A DNA stretch of 60,249 nt, filler included, from Porpidia crustulata (lineage: Eukaryota), in the NCBI GenBank assembly GCA_964255105.1. It is 4 parts of 4 records of this genome, joined end to end, with 100 filler letters (N's around TTAATTAATTAA, not from the genome) between each part and the next. Parts side by side here need not be neighbours in the genome. Positions count along the whole stretch, not along the records: positions 1 to 15,011 come from CAXUWE010000343.1; positions 15,112 to 30,106 come from CAXUWE010000344.1; 2 more parts are not named here. One strand, given 5' to 3'. A program made the translations under genes and the position numbers. Positions 12,571 to 24,150 of the stretch are shown piece after piece. The first letter of the stretch is position 1. Each line of letters starts with the position of its first letter. The notes beneath the pieces were generated by a model. That model did no database searches and was not told the DNA's origin. It saw only the letters and a program-made list of their open reading frames with translations.

Positions 12571-12951
12571 TTAGCCGGTAGAAGTGAGCTCGCAGCCACT
12601 CCCACCGGCAATGATTACGGCGGTCAAAGTATAGAATGACATGCCAAAATCGTTGATCTTATTGCGGACTTGAAATCCATCGTCTCTACCCCCGGGATAA
12701 TTGTACATCATATCAAGGCCACGAGAAGCAGTATCTCTATCGTAGCGCTCAGCTCGAGGGGGTAACAAAGGACTGTGACTATGAAAGTCAACAAAAGCGC
12801 CCTTGCTTGAGCTGGAGTGAGACGATTCGAAGGTGGTCGGCAGGGTTTGATGAATTTGTTTTCGAGTATCGAAGAAGAGAGGTGTTGATTGATTAGGATG
12901 AAGAGAAGAAGTTGAGATTAAAGTTATAGAGCAAGATGTAAAATATTGCAT
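12571..12951 (-). other. Possible degenerate gene fragment next to an AT-rich tract (12950-13250)
   Basis: 126-aa ORF with a protein-like C-terminal half that grades into AT/TA-rich sequence upstream. No family recognised. Confidence 0.25.
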
Positions 12952-13489
12952 AACTTAAAAAAATAGGATATCTATTCGTGATAATTAAAGATTCAATAAT
13001 CGCGCTCTGGACATCGAAGACAATATTAAAAAATATCGTTAATTTTAAATCACTTCGAATAAAGAGTTATGAAGTTTTCAAGTGTAACAAGAATCTTTTA
13101 TAACTCATCGTACATGGCTTCATATCGTGATCAAGTTATTTAAGACTGAAATCATTTATCATTAAATTAATCAAAGAACCATTTCACGAGTCAAAGTAAA
13201 ATTCACTACTACTTGCAATAAATTCCCTATCATTATTTTCAAGAAACATTGATGCCGCGCCCGCAAGCAGTAGCGACTGAGCCTACTCTAAAAACACCTC
13301 CAGCAAAACTTCCACGATCTCATACCCAGTGACAGCGGACATCCAGAATCGTTGTGTGTCCACGATCGCCCGCATGTTCAATGCCCCTACTCACGATCAC
13401 GAGGATAATGCAGTGGGAACTTCGACGATTGGAAGCTCCGAAGCGATCATGCCCGGGACCCTCGCGATGAAGAAACGTTGGAAACGACC

Positions 13490-14980
13490 TCAGCGTCGAA
13501 ACGGCAGCTTATGAAGTTCATGAGACCAAAACGGAGTCGCATTCATTGTTTCTCTTCTCCAACGTGTCGATGCGTCCGTTCCCGTCGGATGCCAATGCGA
13601 GACCTTATTGAATTTGTCGCGGAATTTGGATTTGTTCTGAGGATTCGACGTTTTGGTATCATTTAAGATTTCATCGATTGCATCTCGTGCCTGGTCGGAT
13701 ACAGAGATTTTATGGTGATCGCTGGGGAAGAGTGAGAACTCGTTGGATGATGTTTGTCGAATTTGAGGTCTGGAATCGTTAGACGTTGCCGTCTCAGAAG
13801 CTGTGATATCTAGTGAAACACTCTCGTTTGCGGCGTGGTAATTTCCATCGGAAGGTGATATTTCACGTGGTGCGTTTACAATCTCGGCATCATAGATAGT
13901 AAAATCCCTGGAATCTTGAGGTATATTAGGGCTTATCGCAGTACTAAGTCTTTTTCTGCTTCTGCGGTTAGAGTAACGGCCGGGAGTTGGTACGAGGCTG
14001 CGCGAAGATTCAGAAGCCGTTCCTATCTCTCTAGCAATTTGATGTGGCGTATTATCGTTCATAGATATAGGCTCGCTGTCTTGCTCTGGAGGGAACGACG
14101 CACAGGGTCGATGCTTTGCAGCTTGTCAGACAGCTTCCGATTGCCGACGAGTCTCCGATTTTGCATATGGGATTTCTAAAATTGCGTTCAGACAAGGTCA
14201 CGAGATTTGCAGAAGATATCAACCAACTTCGAAGCCCTAGTGTTTCCCTAAGATCGTTCTCCTTTTGAAATGCGGATGATGCTTTGAGGAGCTCGACAAG
14301 CATCCACTAACAAGAATTGTCTTAGCTAAGAGCTCAAGAGAATGCAGAAGTACTAAAATAAGCTTACCTGAGCGAAAGGTCGGACAGAATATAGCCTCCA
14401 TCCTTTACAAATCTGCGCAATGGCTAATGGTTAGATAGGATTTGGCAAAGAGAGCATAGGACATTGGTTTTTGGATCCGTCACTCACACCTGTATAAGGT
14501 CGTAGATACGCTTCACGTCCGACACACCTGCCCATCTCCTGACGTAGGACGTTTGTATTAATATTCTTTGTATTTAGAAAGGATTCCTTGAGTTTCGATA
14601 GATTTTGTATGGATTGCTTAGGTAAGTGGGCCTCCAAGTTTTGCCGCCATTCCCAAGCTATATCGTCATCCCACTCTTCGTCAACTTCGGCTTCTTGCAT
14701 ACTAGAGTCTTCCTGCACGATGGATTCAGTGATGCCCCGATAAAACGTGTGTTGCTCTTCTTCAGGTGACAACTCCTGCAACCTATCGTGACCTGTATCT
14801 TGTCTCCCACTGTTCAGATCGTCTAGAAATGCACTGTATCGTGATGGTGTCCCAAAATTATTGTCTTGCGCTGTCGGAGGTTGTGTGGCTTTTATGGTCT
14901 TGTTCTTCCTCCTTGTGACCTTCCCCGAACATGGTGAGCATAGCGAGCATAGCGAGCATAGGCTCTTGGCACGAATTTCC
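13490..14980 (-). CDS. Hypothetical multi-exon protein, 5'-truncated at the contig end, possibly decayed
   Basis: Co-oriented ORFs 14431-14781 (frame open up to ~14980), 14052-14303 and 13490-14062, with a clear GTAAGC..GCTAAG..TAG intron at ~14307-14367. I could not join all the frames cleanly. Confidence 0.4.
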
Positions 14981-15011
14981 TATGTCTATATAATGATGGT
15001 CATTTCCTTAG

Positions 15012-15111
15012 NNNNNNNNNNNNNNNNNNNNNNNNNNNNNNNNNNNNNNNNNNNNTTAATTAATTAANNNNNNNNNNNNNNNNNNNNNNNNNNNNNNNNN
15101 NNNNNNNNNNN
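15012..15111. other. Artificial contig linker N44-TTAATTAATTAA-N44
   Basis: 100-bp spacer with a six-frame stop cassette, identical at three positions. Confidence 0.98.
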
Positions 15112-15334
15112 CCCATCCCCCGCTCCCCAAATAAAAAAAGCCAACAACATCAATCTCACATCCCCCAATCCAAATCGCAGAACCTACATCAAAACACTCC
15201 CCATAATCCAGTCAGCGCCAAAGATGATCGATTCCCAATCATTCAAAAGAACATCCTTCATGGTATCAAAATCCCGCGGTGGTCTACTAACTCCTGATGA
15301 AGAAAGAATGAATGAAAAAGAGTTGGCGAGGGTT

Positions 15335-18300
15335 TCAGACACCGCGGAACTGGCATACCGTCCATACGTTAGCGAAACTAATCTTCTGAAAACCGAGCTT
15401 CAAGGTACCCGCGTGCAGAAAAGGAGAGGTGATACTCACCAACCGCACGACCAAGAACCACACCGCCCCGAAAAACCGAAACAGGCTCAACCCGGCCACG
15501 CTCCACAGCACCACGGCCATGTAGATCGTGCTCCGCTGCGTCGTGCTGTTCCCTACCTGCACGCGCTCCAACCCGCCCGCACTCAGCACCACGGCCGCCA
15601 GCGCGAAATTGCAAAACATCCAGACCAGCACGACGGCGGACCGGAAACCCTTGTAGTAATCCTCCTGATGCTCGCTCTCCGACACCTTCTTGATTTCCTT
15701 GGGCGCTTTGAGGGCGATGCGGGCGAGCTCGGCGTCGTACTGGGTGTTGAGGTCGTCCGAGTCCTGGGGGATGTTGACGTCGACCTTGCCGCCGGGTTTC
15801 ATGACGGCCGAGGGCAGCTTCTCGGCCTTGTCGTCGCCCTTGGTGCCCCAGGTGATGTCGTGGGTGTTGCAGAAGGCGTAGACGTTGAGGATGTTGATGT
15901 AGGTCGGGGTGAGGAGGAGGTATTGGATGAAGCAGGTGAAGAGGTGCCAGGGGTCGAAGAACAGAAAGCTGATGACGAACCAAAGGATGTAGGTTGAGGT
16001 TAGGGAGATGATGAGGGTGAAGAAGAGCTGGTTTTTGAAGAGGTCGGAGACGTTGAAGCCGTTGGTTTTAGTTTCAATTTGGATGGACCGGACCGTAATG
16101 AAGACGGACGCGAAAACGAGATACACCATGATGCCGCACCAAAAGTATACCATGGTCATGTAGAATTTATTAGAGCCTTGGGGCCGGTTTCCAAGGGCGA
16201 GAACGAAGCAGGTTAGTAAGGTGGCGAGATAGAGCCATTCGAAGACAACGCCCAGGATATTGCCGGTTGTGGAGAGGAGATCTTTATCGCCGAGAGAATT
16301 TGTAAGAATGTGAAAGACAAGGAAAAAGTTTCCAATGGCAAACCAAGCGAAGAGCATGTTGATGGTTTGGTAGGTGAACTCGACTAAGAACATGAGCTTG
16401 CGGAGGAAGCTGTGGTCGCTTCTGTAGATTTGGTAGAAATGCGCTAGTGCATAGACGGCAGCAAAGAAACTACCGTTGAGCCATCTCCTTCGTTGCATGA
16501 TGAACTCAGCCATGGTATCTGGTACATCCGTTTCGCCGGTCGACGATTTGACGTATTGTAGGATCCATCGAGAATTTCTTTTTGCTACAAGCTCGAAGCA
16601 TAGGATTCTGTCTTCGGCCAAATACATGTTTGCAGTGAAAATTCCTGCGTTTGCTCCATGCATCTTCTCACCAGCAAAGTACTTCTCCAGTGGTCCTGAC
16701 CCGTTCTTGTCATTTTGCAACGCAACGTACCGGTATGCGGAGAAAGCTCCGGGCAAAACCGAGATGAATCCAAAAGCGGATTCAAGAGGTTTGTCAAGGA
16801 TGTTGCTCATCTTGTATTCAAAGTTCTGAGTAGCCACTAAAGGATTTAAGAGCTTTTTTCCTGCATTCAACATGACCTTGATCTCTCCACATGCCCCACC
16901 ACACATCGGCTCCAAATCAAAGGCTTTCCACAGATGATATATGGAGTCTTTGCCGGGTTTTGTTCCCGCATCGAGGAGGACGCAGATATTGGGATCCAGT
17001 ACACGACCGAAAGCCTGAAAGAACCACCTGTGCGAATTGATCTTCTTTTGGTTCTTTTCTTTCAGACAGAATATCATCTGTACAGGAGTTGCTCCTCTGG
17101 GCTTTACCACCACGGTCTTACCCTTGAGATCCAAACCTGCTTGCGTCGTGTATTCGTATATATGCGCTGTGACATCCTTGCCACTAACCTGCTGCTTGGC
17201 AATACCATCCTGATACACACCAAGACCTGCCAATACCGCTCTTGTCCGGGGATTGATTTTTGCACGTCCGTCACTGACTACACAAACTACAATCTTCTTC
17301 CAAGCTTCTTTGCCCCATGTCTTGCTGGTATTCCTCCCACACATGTGCTCAATATTCTTAAACACTCCAGTCATGGTCCTTGCAAAAAGAAAGTCGTCTT
17401 CGTTGTACATAGTGACGACAATGAAAAGCTCAGTGTGTCTTGGCTTGGCGAAAAGTCGCTGTCGTAGCGTAAAGCGCTCGTCATAGAAATCTTTAGGGTC
17501 ACAAGTCGCCGCAGTGTACCTCATATGAGTAAATTCATCTCTTCCCGGAGGCTCTGCGTGAGGAACTTGGCTCAAAAGCCTCGGAGGTATTGGACAGTCT
17601 AGCACCAAGTTGCCATTGAATAGTTGTACCTCTTTCACTGTTTTCCATCTTCGAATAGGCGCAGGACTCGGGGTTGTGCCTGGAGGAGGACCATCATACC
17701 TATCCTCAAAGGGCACTTCCATGTGCGGGTCTGGTCCATAGGCGCTGTCAGCTTGAAGGATCGGCTGGTGATCGTTATCATCATAGTATTGTTGCTCGTT
17801 GTGCGGAGGCATATGCGAGAATGGGGGTGGGGCTTGGTCATGCGGCGAAGGCTCATAGGGTTGTGTGTAGTAGGCATCGTGATGCTCTTCTGGAGATATT
17901 GCGTAATCGTTACTTTGATAGTCATACTCTTGTCTGGATAATGGGTTGTGTGCTTCGTAATGGTTATTGTGGTTCCGCGAGGATGCTATGTTCTCTACGG
18001 AGTATGTAGGTTGCGCCGCCAATCTGTCGCCGGGACCCATGGGAATCTGTAAAGGTGCTTGCGCGGGCCTGTATGGTCCATCTTCGAGAGTGTAGCCTTG
18101 AAGTGGCTGGCCTGGTGAGGGTGTGCGACGTGCGCGGGGATTCATTGGAGAGGGGTGATAATCTTCGTCTTCGTCTGGATATCGTCCAGAGTGGTCTGAG
18201 GAATGCTCACGATATCAGTAGATAGACGTTATAAGACGTGGCGAAGACAGAGGTTGAAACGATATCACGCACGATCTGGAATAAAGGATGACAAGATTTT

Positions 18301-18355
18301 AACAATGAAGCGTTGCTATGAAAGAGGAGTGACTACCTAAACGATTGTACGCCAT
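15335..18355 (-). CDS. chs: Chitin synthase, class I-type (GT2)
   Basis: Motifs [41 protein letters not shown] and TWGTKG. Exon 1 MAYNRL (ATG 18355), intron 18196-18336, terminal intron 15350-15439 before FRGV*. Class inferred from the MAYNR start and [16 protein letters not shown]. Confidence 0.96.
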
Positions 18356-18851
18356 TTACGGCGATCCCTGACGGCGTTTGAGATAAATGAAGTCGTAGTC
18401 GGAGTGAACTGAGGAATGCTAGCTTTCTGCTGTATTCGTCACCTGGTAGAAGAGCAAATCTCCAATGGTGCTATTATGAGATACACAAACACCGATAAAA
18501 AGCTGTTTGGGTTTGTTCGTTGCTATGGGTACTCAATAGGATGCTGTACAGCCCACAACGATCGGTAGAGGATACCCTTCTCCTTCAGCCTTTTGCAGAT
18601 GGAGTTTACGTCCCAAGATGCATATGTCAAAGAGCTGACGATACGAATGTGAAGCCTTGCAGGCTTCGTAACCCTTTCTGTTCCAGGAATAAGCCCTCTC
18701 ACACTCGTATATAAAGACGGCCCCTGCAGCCCCTAGCGCCAGCCTCAACGACGCGTTGCCCAATCGTTCCCTCTTCGAGCCCAAACCGGCCCCATATCCC
18801 AAGTCTCAGCCCAACTGCTCCTCCACCATGACCTGATCAAAGCAGTGCGCC

Positions 18852-19454
18852 ATGGCTAGCACCCAAGCCATCTCGCCTGCCGCGCCAGTCGCCGTGCTCT
18901 TCGTCTGCCTGGGCAATATCTGTAAGCCCTCCACCCCTCCAGCCACAACTCCACACCATTTGCGCAAAGCCACTTCTTCGCTAATCTCACCTCAAGGTCG
19001 TTCACCCATGGCCGAAGCCGTGCTGCGCTCCCTCGCGTCATCGCACCCAAGGCTCTCGCACATTGATTCGGCGGGTACGGGTGCGTATCACGTGGGTGCG
19101 GCGCCGGACACGCGGACGATGAGTACGCTCGCGGATAACGGTATTATGGACTACAACCACGCGGCGCGGAAGGTGCGGGCCAGTGACTTCGTCGAGTTTG
19201 ATTATGTTCTGGCCATGGATGATGATAATCTGTATGACTTGGAGCGAGCGCGGCAGAGATCCGGGAAGGGGAGCCGGGATGCGGGGAAGAAGGCGAAGGT
19301 GATGCTTTTTGGGGACTTTGGGGGCAAGAAAGGGGAGCTGGTTGGGGATCCGTATTATGGGGCAAGAGATGGGTTTGAGGTTGCTTATGAGCAGATGGTG
19401 AGGTTCTCGATGGGGTTCATTGAGGAGGTACTTGATGGAGACGCCGCCTTTTAG
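18852..19454 (+). CDS. LTP1: Low-molecular-weight protein tyrosine phosphatase
   Basis: Removing intron 18922-18996 (GTAAGC..GCTAAT..AAG) restores the P-loop VCLGNICRSPMAE. DSAGT and DPYYG motifs are present. Confidence 0.95.
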   Translation: MASTQAISPAAPVAVLFVCLGNICKPSTPPATTPHHLRKATSSLISPQGRSPMAEAVLRSLASSHPRLSHIDSAGTGAYHVGAAPDTRTMSTLADNGIMDYNHAARKVRASDFVEFDYVLAMDDDNLYDLERARQRSGKGSRDAGKKAKVMLFGDFGGKKGELVGDPYYGARDGFEVAYEQMVRFSMGFIEEVLDGDAAF

Positions 19455-21195
19455 TAAGACCTGTTGATGGGATGGTATTCTGTGCCCTACGGTTATGGCA
19501 TTGCATTGCATAGTGTCGGGGGCTCTGCATAGACCTGTGAGTAATCTGGATAGATGACCATCAATAGTCTGTTTAGAATTCCTACATTTTTCGTTTTGCA
19601 TTTTCGTTTCTCGGTTGTGCATCAGTGGGCTACAGCGTTTCCTCTCTACACTATCTGGTCTCAAGGAAGAATCTTACTGCCAGGCAAGATATACGGTTTC
19701 TTTCTCGTTGTGGCCAAATTCGGCCATACCATATCGCAAACGGCGATATCCTCATGAAATCGCACTGTCGACTGATTCGTGGTTATCAGTTGTCAATCGC
19801 GAGTCACGTACAATATTTTCCTCTCTGCGTGGACACCATCATTGCTCACGTCCTCTTTGAGTTGCATCAAAACTATTCAAGCCAAGACTCGAAGCTTGTT
19901 CATCGACGATTGCATTGTATTCTCTCTACTATATCGCTGTGGCATTCCAGATGCACAAGGCTTACATGGTATAGGTATATATCCCATCAACCCTCCAGAC
20001 TCCAAGACCGAAATTCCTACTCTAAGTTCCAGCTAGGCCCTTCTCCCGTCTCCTATCCCCTCCCTCCTGCCACCTTCCCCATCGCTTCCAACCATACCTT
20101 CAAATCTCTTTCCGACCTCCGTTCGGTCGCAAGTCCCAATGCCGTACGCTCGTGGCTCTGGTCCCGGTGTAGCCAGTCCTTCAGCTGCGGTGTGGTTGGT
20201 GCGGGTAGGTTGGAAAAGGATTTGAAGGTGGGACGATGATGGGAGGAAGAAGATGGTGGGGTGGTCGCGTGACTGCTTTCGGGAAGTGGTCAACGGGCGA
20301 GCTCGACTGGATGAGGGGGAAGTAGGAAGAGAGTGGGGGTACCCACGGCATTTGGGTAGTGGAAGGGCAGGTGAATATTGTAAAGAAGGTGGCGCCTGAA
20401 GGATTGGAATGCCAGGAGTGGCAGGGTGAGCCAGGGGCAACGAGTGTGATGTGGCGAACTTTCCGTTGGTCTATACAGATGGGTCTTTCCTTTCCGTAAG
20501 GACAGAAGTGGATGGCCTTGGACGATGGCATCTCGGCCTTATATAGAGATATCTAAGCCCCCCTTACGGACTGACTACCCTTCTTTTTTGGAGGAATAAG
20601 TCATTTCCCCTGAGGCTGAAAGATTGCTGGAGTCCTGCGTGTCGAGCCTTCGAACGTCTTGTTGTTTTCGCCCTTTTGACACCAGCATCTTCTCGGCCGT
20701 ACCGATGTCATCCTGGTCCTCCACTGATCCTCGAGCTCTAGATCATACCTCTACCTTCGTGAGAGCGCCAACGATGCGTGATCCCGCAGCGTGCGGGGCC
20801 TCTCTCCACGGCCCTGGATCTAGGGCAAAGGCTCAAGGTGACCGAAGATCGAGTAGTACCGCATGATGGGGGACCTTGCTACATGTCAATGGCTGAGTCC
20901 TCCATTGAGTCTAGTACTTTGTTGCAGTCATATCCCTTCAGAGAGGACTAGCGTAGATGATCTCTGGCTCTATGACTTGATCTCGATATGTTGACTCCGC
21001 CCAGAAGGATGTATAGTTTCAATTGCTTAAAAGTCAAATGTGGTATAGTAGCATTACGCTAATAGTGTCGCGTATAGTGATTGATGATGTTATAACGACT
21101 GCAGGGTCGAGAGACCCAAGCCGCTGGAGAATTCAAAAGGGTATATACACTTTAAAACTCATAATATCGGAAATAGAACTTTGGTAGGACTTTTC

Positions 21196-24150
21196 CTAAA
21201 TCTGCTTCCCAGCACTTTGCCTTTCCCGTTTATCAGAAAGCCCGTGAACAACCCTCCGATGTTTACGCAAATTGTCTGTTCGGCTACATTCTATGCCACA
21301 ATATGGTTCTGGACATAAATACTTTGTTCGCCGAAGATGGGTATCGCGCGTATGACGCCGGCGATTTGTCATTCGATACGCACCCTTGAAAGCTTGGCCA
21401 CATGTCGAGCAGTACAAGGTGGGTACGGTAGGGAGCGGAGATGTTGAAGACCCAATACTAGGGCTTGGTAGAGGTTCTAGGGGTGAATTGTTGGGTGAGC
21501 TTAGCTGCGTACTAGTCCCACTGCTTGAACTTGTAGGACAACTCGAAAAGCCAGAAGTGGAAACTGCTGATGCTGAGCTTGTAGGACTAGGATCTTCAAT
21601 AGAAGTTCCTGAAATTGGTGTCTCTAGGTATGAATCACCTGGACTGGGATGGGTGGGTGCATCGTGTACTTGTACTATAGGAGGAAGCGTTTGGTATTGT
21701 TCTTTCTTAAGCTCCAGACAAATGGCTCGGACTCCATCAAGGTCTGTGGCATAGCAACGATCGCGCCAGCTAGAAGACGATTGCGACATGAAGTTATCGC
21801 AAAGTGAACCTACATGAGTCAAGAACTCTTCGTAGGCTTGACGAGGTTGATGACATCGCTACTTCACGTCAGTTTGGAACAGTCCAATGAACGTTACAGA
21901 CTCACACCGCCGTTCAATGCGAGATTGATCTCAACCTCGCGAACATTGCGTAGCACTCCATCGGATAAGTCGATTGTTGTAGTCATTATCGCATCGCAGA
22001 AACCTTTCATAGCAGGTATCCTTATAAGAGGAACAATGATTTGATCCTGAATCTGAGCCACGGATCGTGGTGAGTTCAAAGGTGAATGGACAGAGCAGTC
22101 TCCATTCCAGTCGGCTATGCCAACATACTCGAGGGCTATAAAACGTAGATTAGCAGAGAAAATGCCACGCTTTTGAAAGTTGTAATACCATCTAAGTAGC
22201 GTGAGCATACTCCCGCTACTCTTCCTTTTTTCAACGCATCCAGAATGCTCGATTCACTTGGATGTCTAGCCAAGAAGTCAGGTTCTCTAGGTTGCTCAAG
22301 TGTAAAGCTATTCGCATTCCCGTGCAATGCCCAGGCCGTCTTTCCCGGATTGAAGCCGCTATGCGTCTGAGCGGAAAGAGGAGCAAGCAAAGGCTTTTTG
22401 GAGTAGGCGACTCCCTGCCGCACGACGGGCATTTCTGGTGGCGACCAAATTGAAAGTGCGATTTTCGAGAACAACTGTTGATCGTCTTCGTTCGCGATTG
22501 CACGGCGCATTTCCAATATATCTTGGAAGAATCCATGCCATGAATACTTATCATCGTCCTCATAGAATAGGTACGCGCAAGCAAAGGCAAGCTCGGTCAG
22601 CGAGAATATCTCTGCAAAAGTTGTTGGCAGTACACCTCGGAAACAGCCTTGCAAAGCTTTGAGGCCCGTCTCAATAGGCGCAAATTCCTGGAGTAGATCC
22701 TGAATCGCTAGAACTCCATGCAGAGAGGATAGCTTCTGTAGCCAATACTCGTGCAAAGCACAAACAATTGCATTAGTATCCTTGACTAACGTTTCTGAAT
22801 TTGGAAGCCCATTCTTGGAAAATGGGCCCATACCACATCCGCTGGCAATGTTCGAACTCTGAGTTCGAACAGGCCTGCTAACAGACAGGCTCTGACACGG
22901 AGGGGAACCAGCTTCGTTCTCAATGGCTATCCTGGAAGTCCGCCTAGTGGGGAGAGACTCTGTATTGTTGACTCTTCTGGAGGGCCGCTTTGTTGTGAGT
23001 GATTCTGTGTTGGTAACGATCGATAGAATCGGCCGACGTAGACGGCCTTCTATAGATCCCTGGGCCCACGTGCTTTCAATTGGGGAGACTGGACCAGGTA
23101 TATCTTGTGGCAAGTCACTCTCCACTGAAGAAATCGGATTGAATAAATCAAGCACGAAGCCGCTGCCAACCGGCGAAATCGGACTGACTAAGTCTGATAA
23201 AGGAGTAAAAGTAGACTCTCGGATCGTAAGGGTGGGTGATAGGGGAGAGACGAGATCGTCGATTACTTGTTCATCCAGATCCATAGAAAAATCGGATGGG
23301 GGAAGGTTCTGTCCCCCAGCAGAGAGCTCCGGCATATCAAGGTCTGTACCTAGCAGCTCGTAGCATGGAGGATCACTGCCACAGAGTTCCGCTGGTATCG
23401 AAATAGTGATTGGGCGTTTGAGTTCAGGCTGCGTTTTAGGAGCAGTAATATCCATTTGGTCCTCAATTCTTATTGCACATATCCTTGCTTTTTTATAGTC
23501 TGCGTCCTCAACAACCTTGACATCTGTTGAATCGTAGTCTTGCTCGTCAAGTTCAGGCATCCAAGATATGCGCGGGTGCGCTTCCATTTCATGCTCATCT
23601 CGTATACGCCTGTGTATATGCCAGCGATGTATGCTCTTGCTTTTGTAAGGTAGCCCAGGATTGTGCTTCCGCGAAAAGGATCTGTAGCCCCCGAAATGTT
23701 TAAAGAATGCCACTGCGCGCTTCAGCCGTGTCTCTTTTTTTTGCGTCCACAAACGAGATTCCTGTTCGCCTTCCGGTATGGGAGGGGTAAATTTCTCGTG
23801 GCGAAGACAGATTGAGCACCAGTACCATCCATTAGACAGCCACGAGCACACCGAAACATGTTGTAGAAGCGACTCAAAGTTGTCGAAGACTTTCTCGCAA
23901 TATGATAACGGACAAGCACCAGGCTGTTTGGTAGGAGTGCGTGAGGTATTGTTGCGTACATAAGCAACCCAGTGTTGGAAAGCTATTTGGCAATCTTGCT
24001 GTGAGACAATACTACCGCCTTTATTCATATAATCTTTCACGCTGCTCTCACATTGTCAGAAAGGTTGAGTTTCTCATGGAAGGATGACAGCTCACGCGCA
24101 AGGCACACTCTGCAAGCGACCCGTGATTGAATTTGAATTTGTATGCATCA
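21196..24150 (-). CDS. Large zinc-finger protein (putative transcription factor), multi-exon
   Basis: N-terminal CPLSYC..H..C and WYWCSIC..H. C-terminal tandem C2H2 fingers (CSTC..RRRHTRDTH; CPEPYC..LRKHRRVVH). Introns at ~22136-22187 and ~21860-21906 join ORFs 22136-24040, 21894-22208 and 21196-21822. The 5' end is uncertain and may extend to ~24530. Confidence 0.75.

Noticed and set aside
15056..15067. TTAATTAATTAA palindrome repeated three times
   Set aside because: Synthetic six-frame stop linker embedded in N runs, not biological.
15224..15997. 257-aa plus-strand ORF and 201-aa alternative-frame ORF over the chitin synthase 3' end
   Set aside because: Shadow ORFs caused by high third-position GC in the real gene; no independent motifs.
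19554..20866. Several overlapping 60-200 aa ORFs between LTP1 and the zinc-finger gene
   Set aside because: Low-complexity sequence, no motifs and no consistent exon structure.
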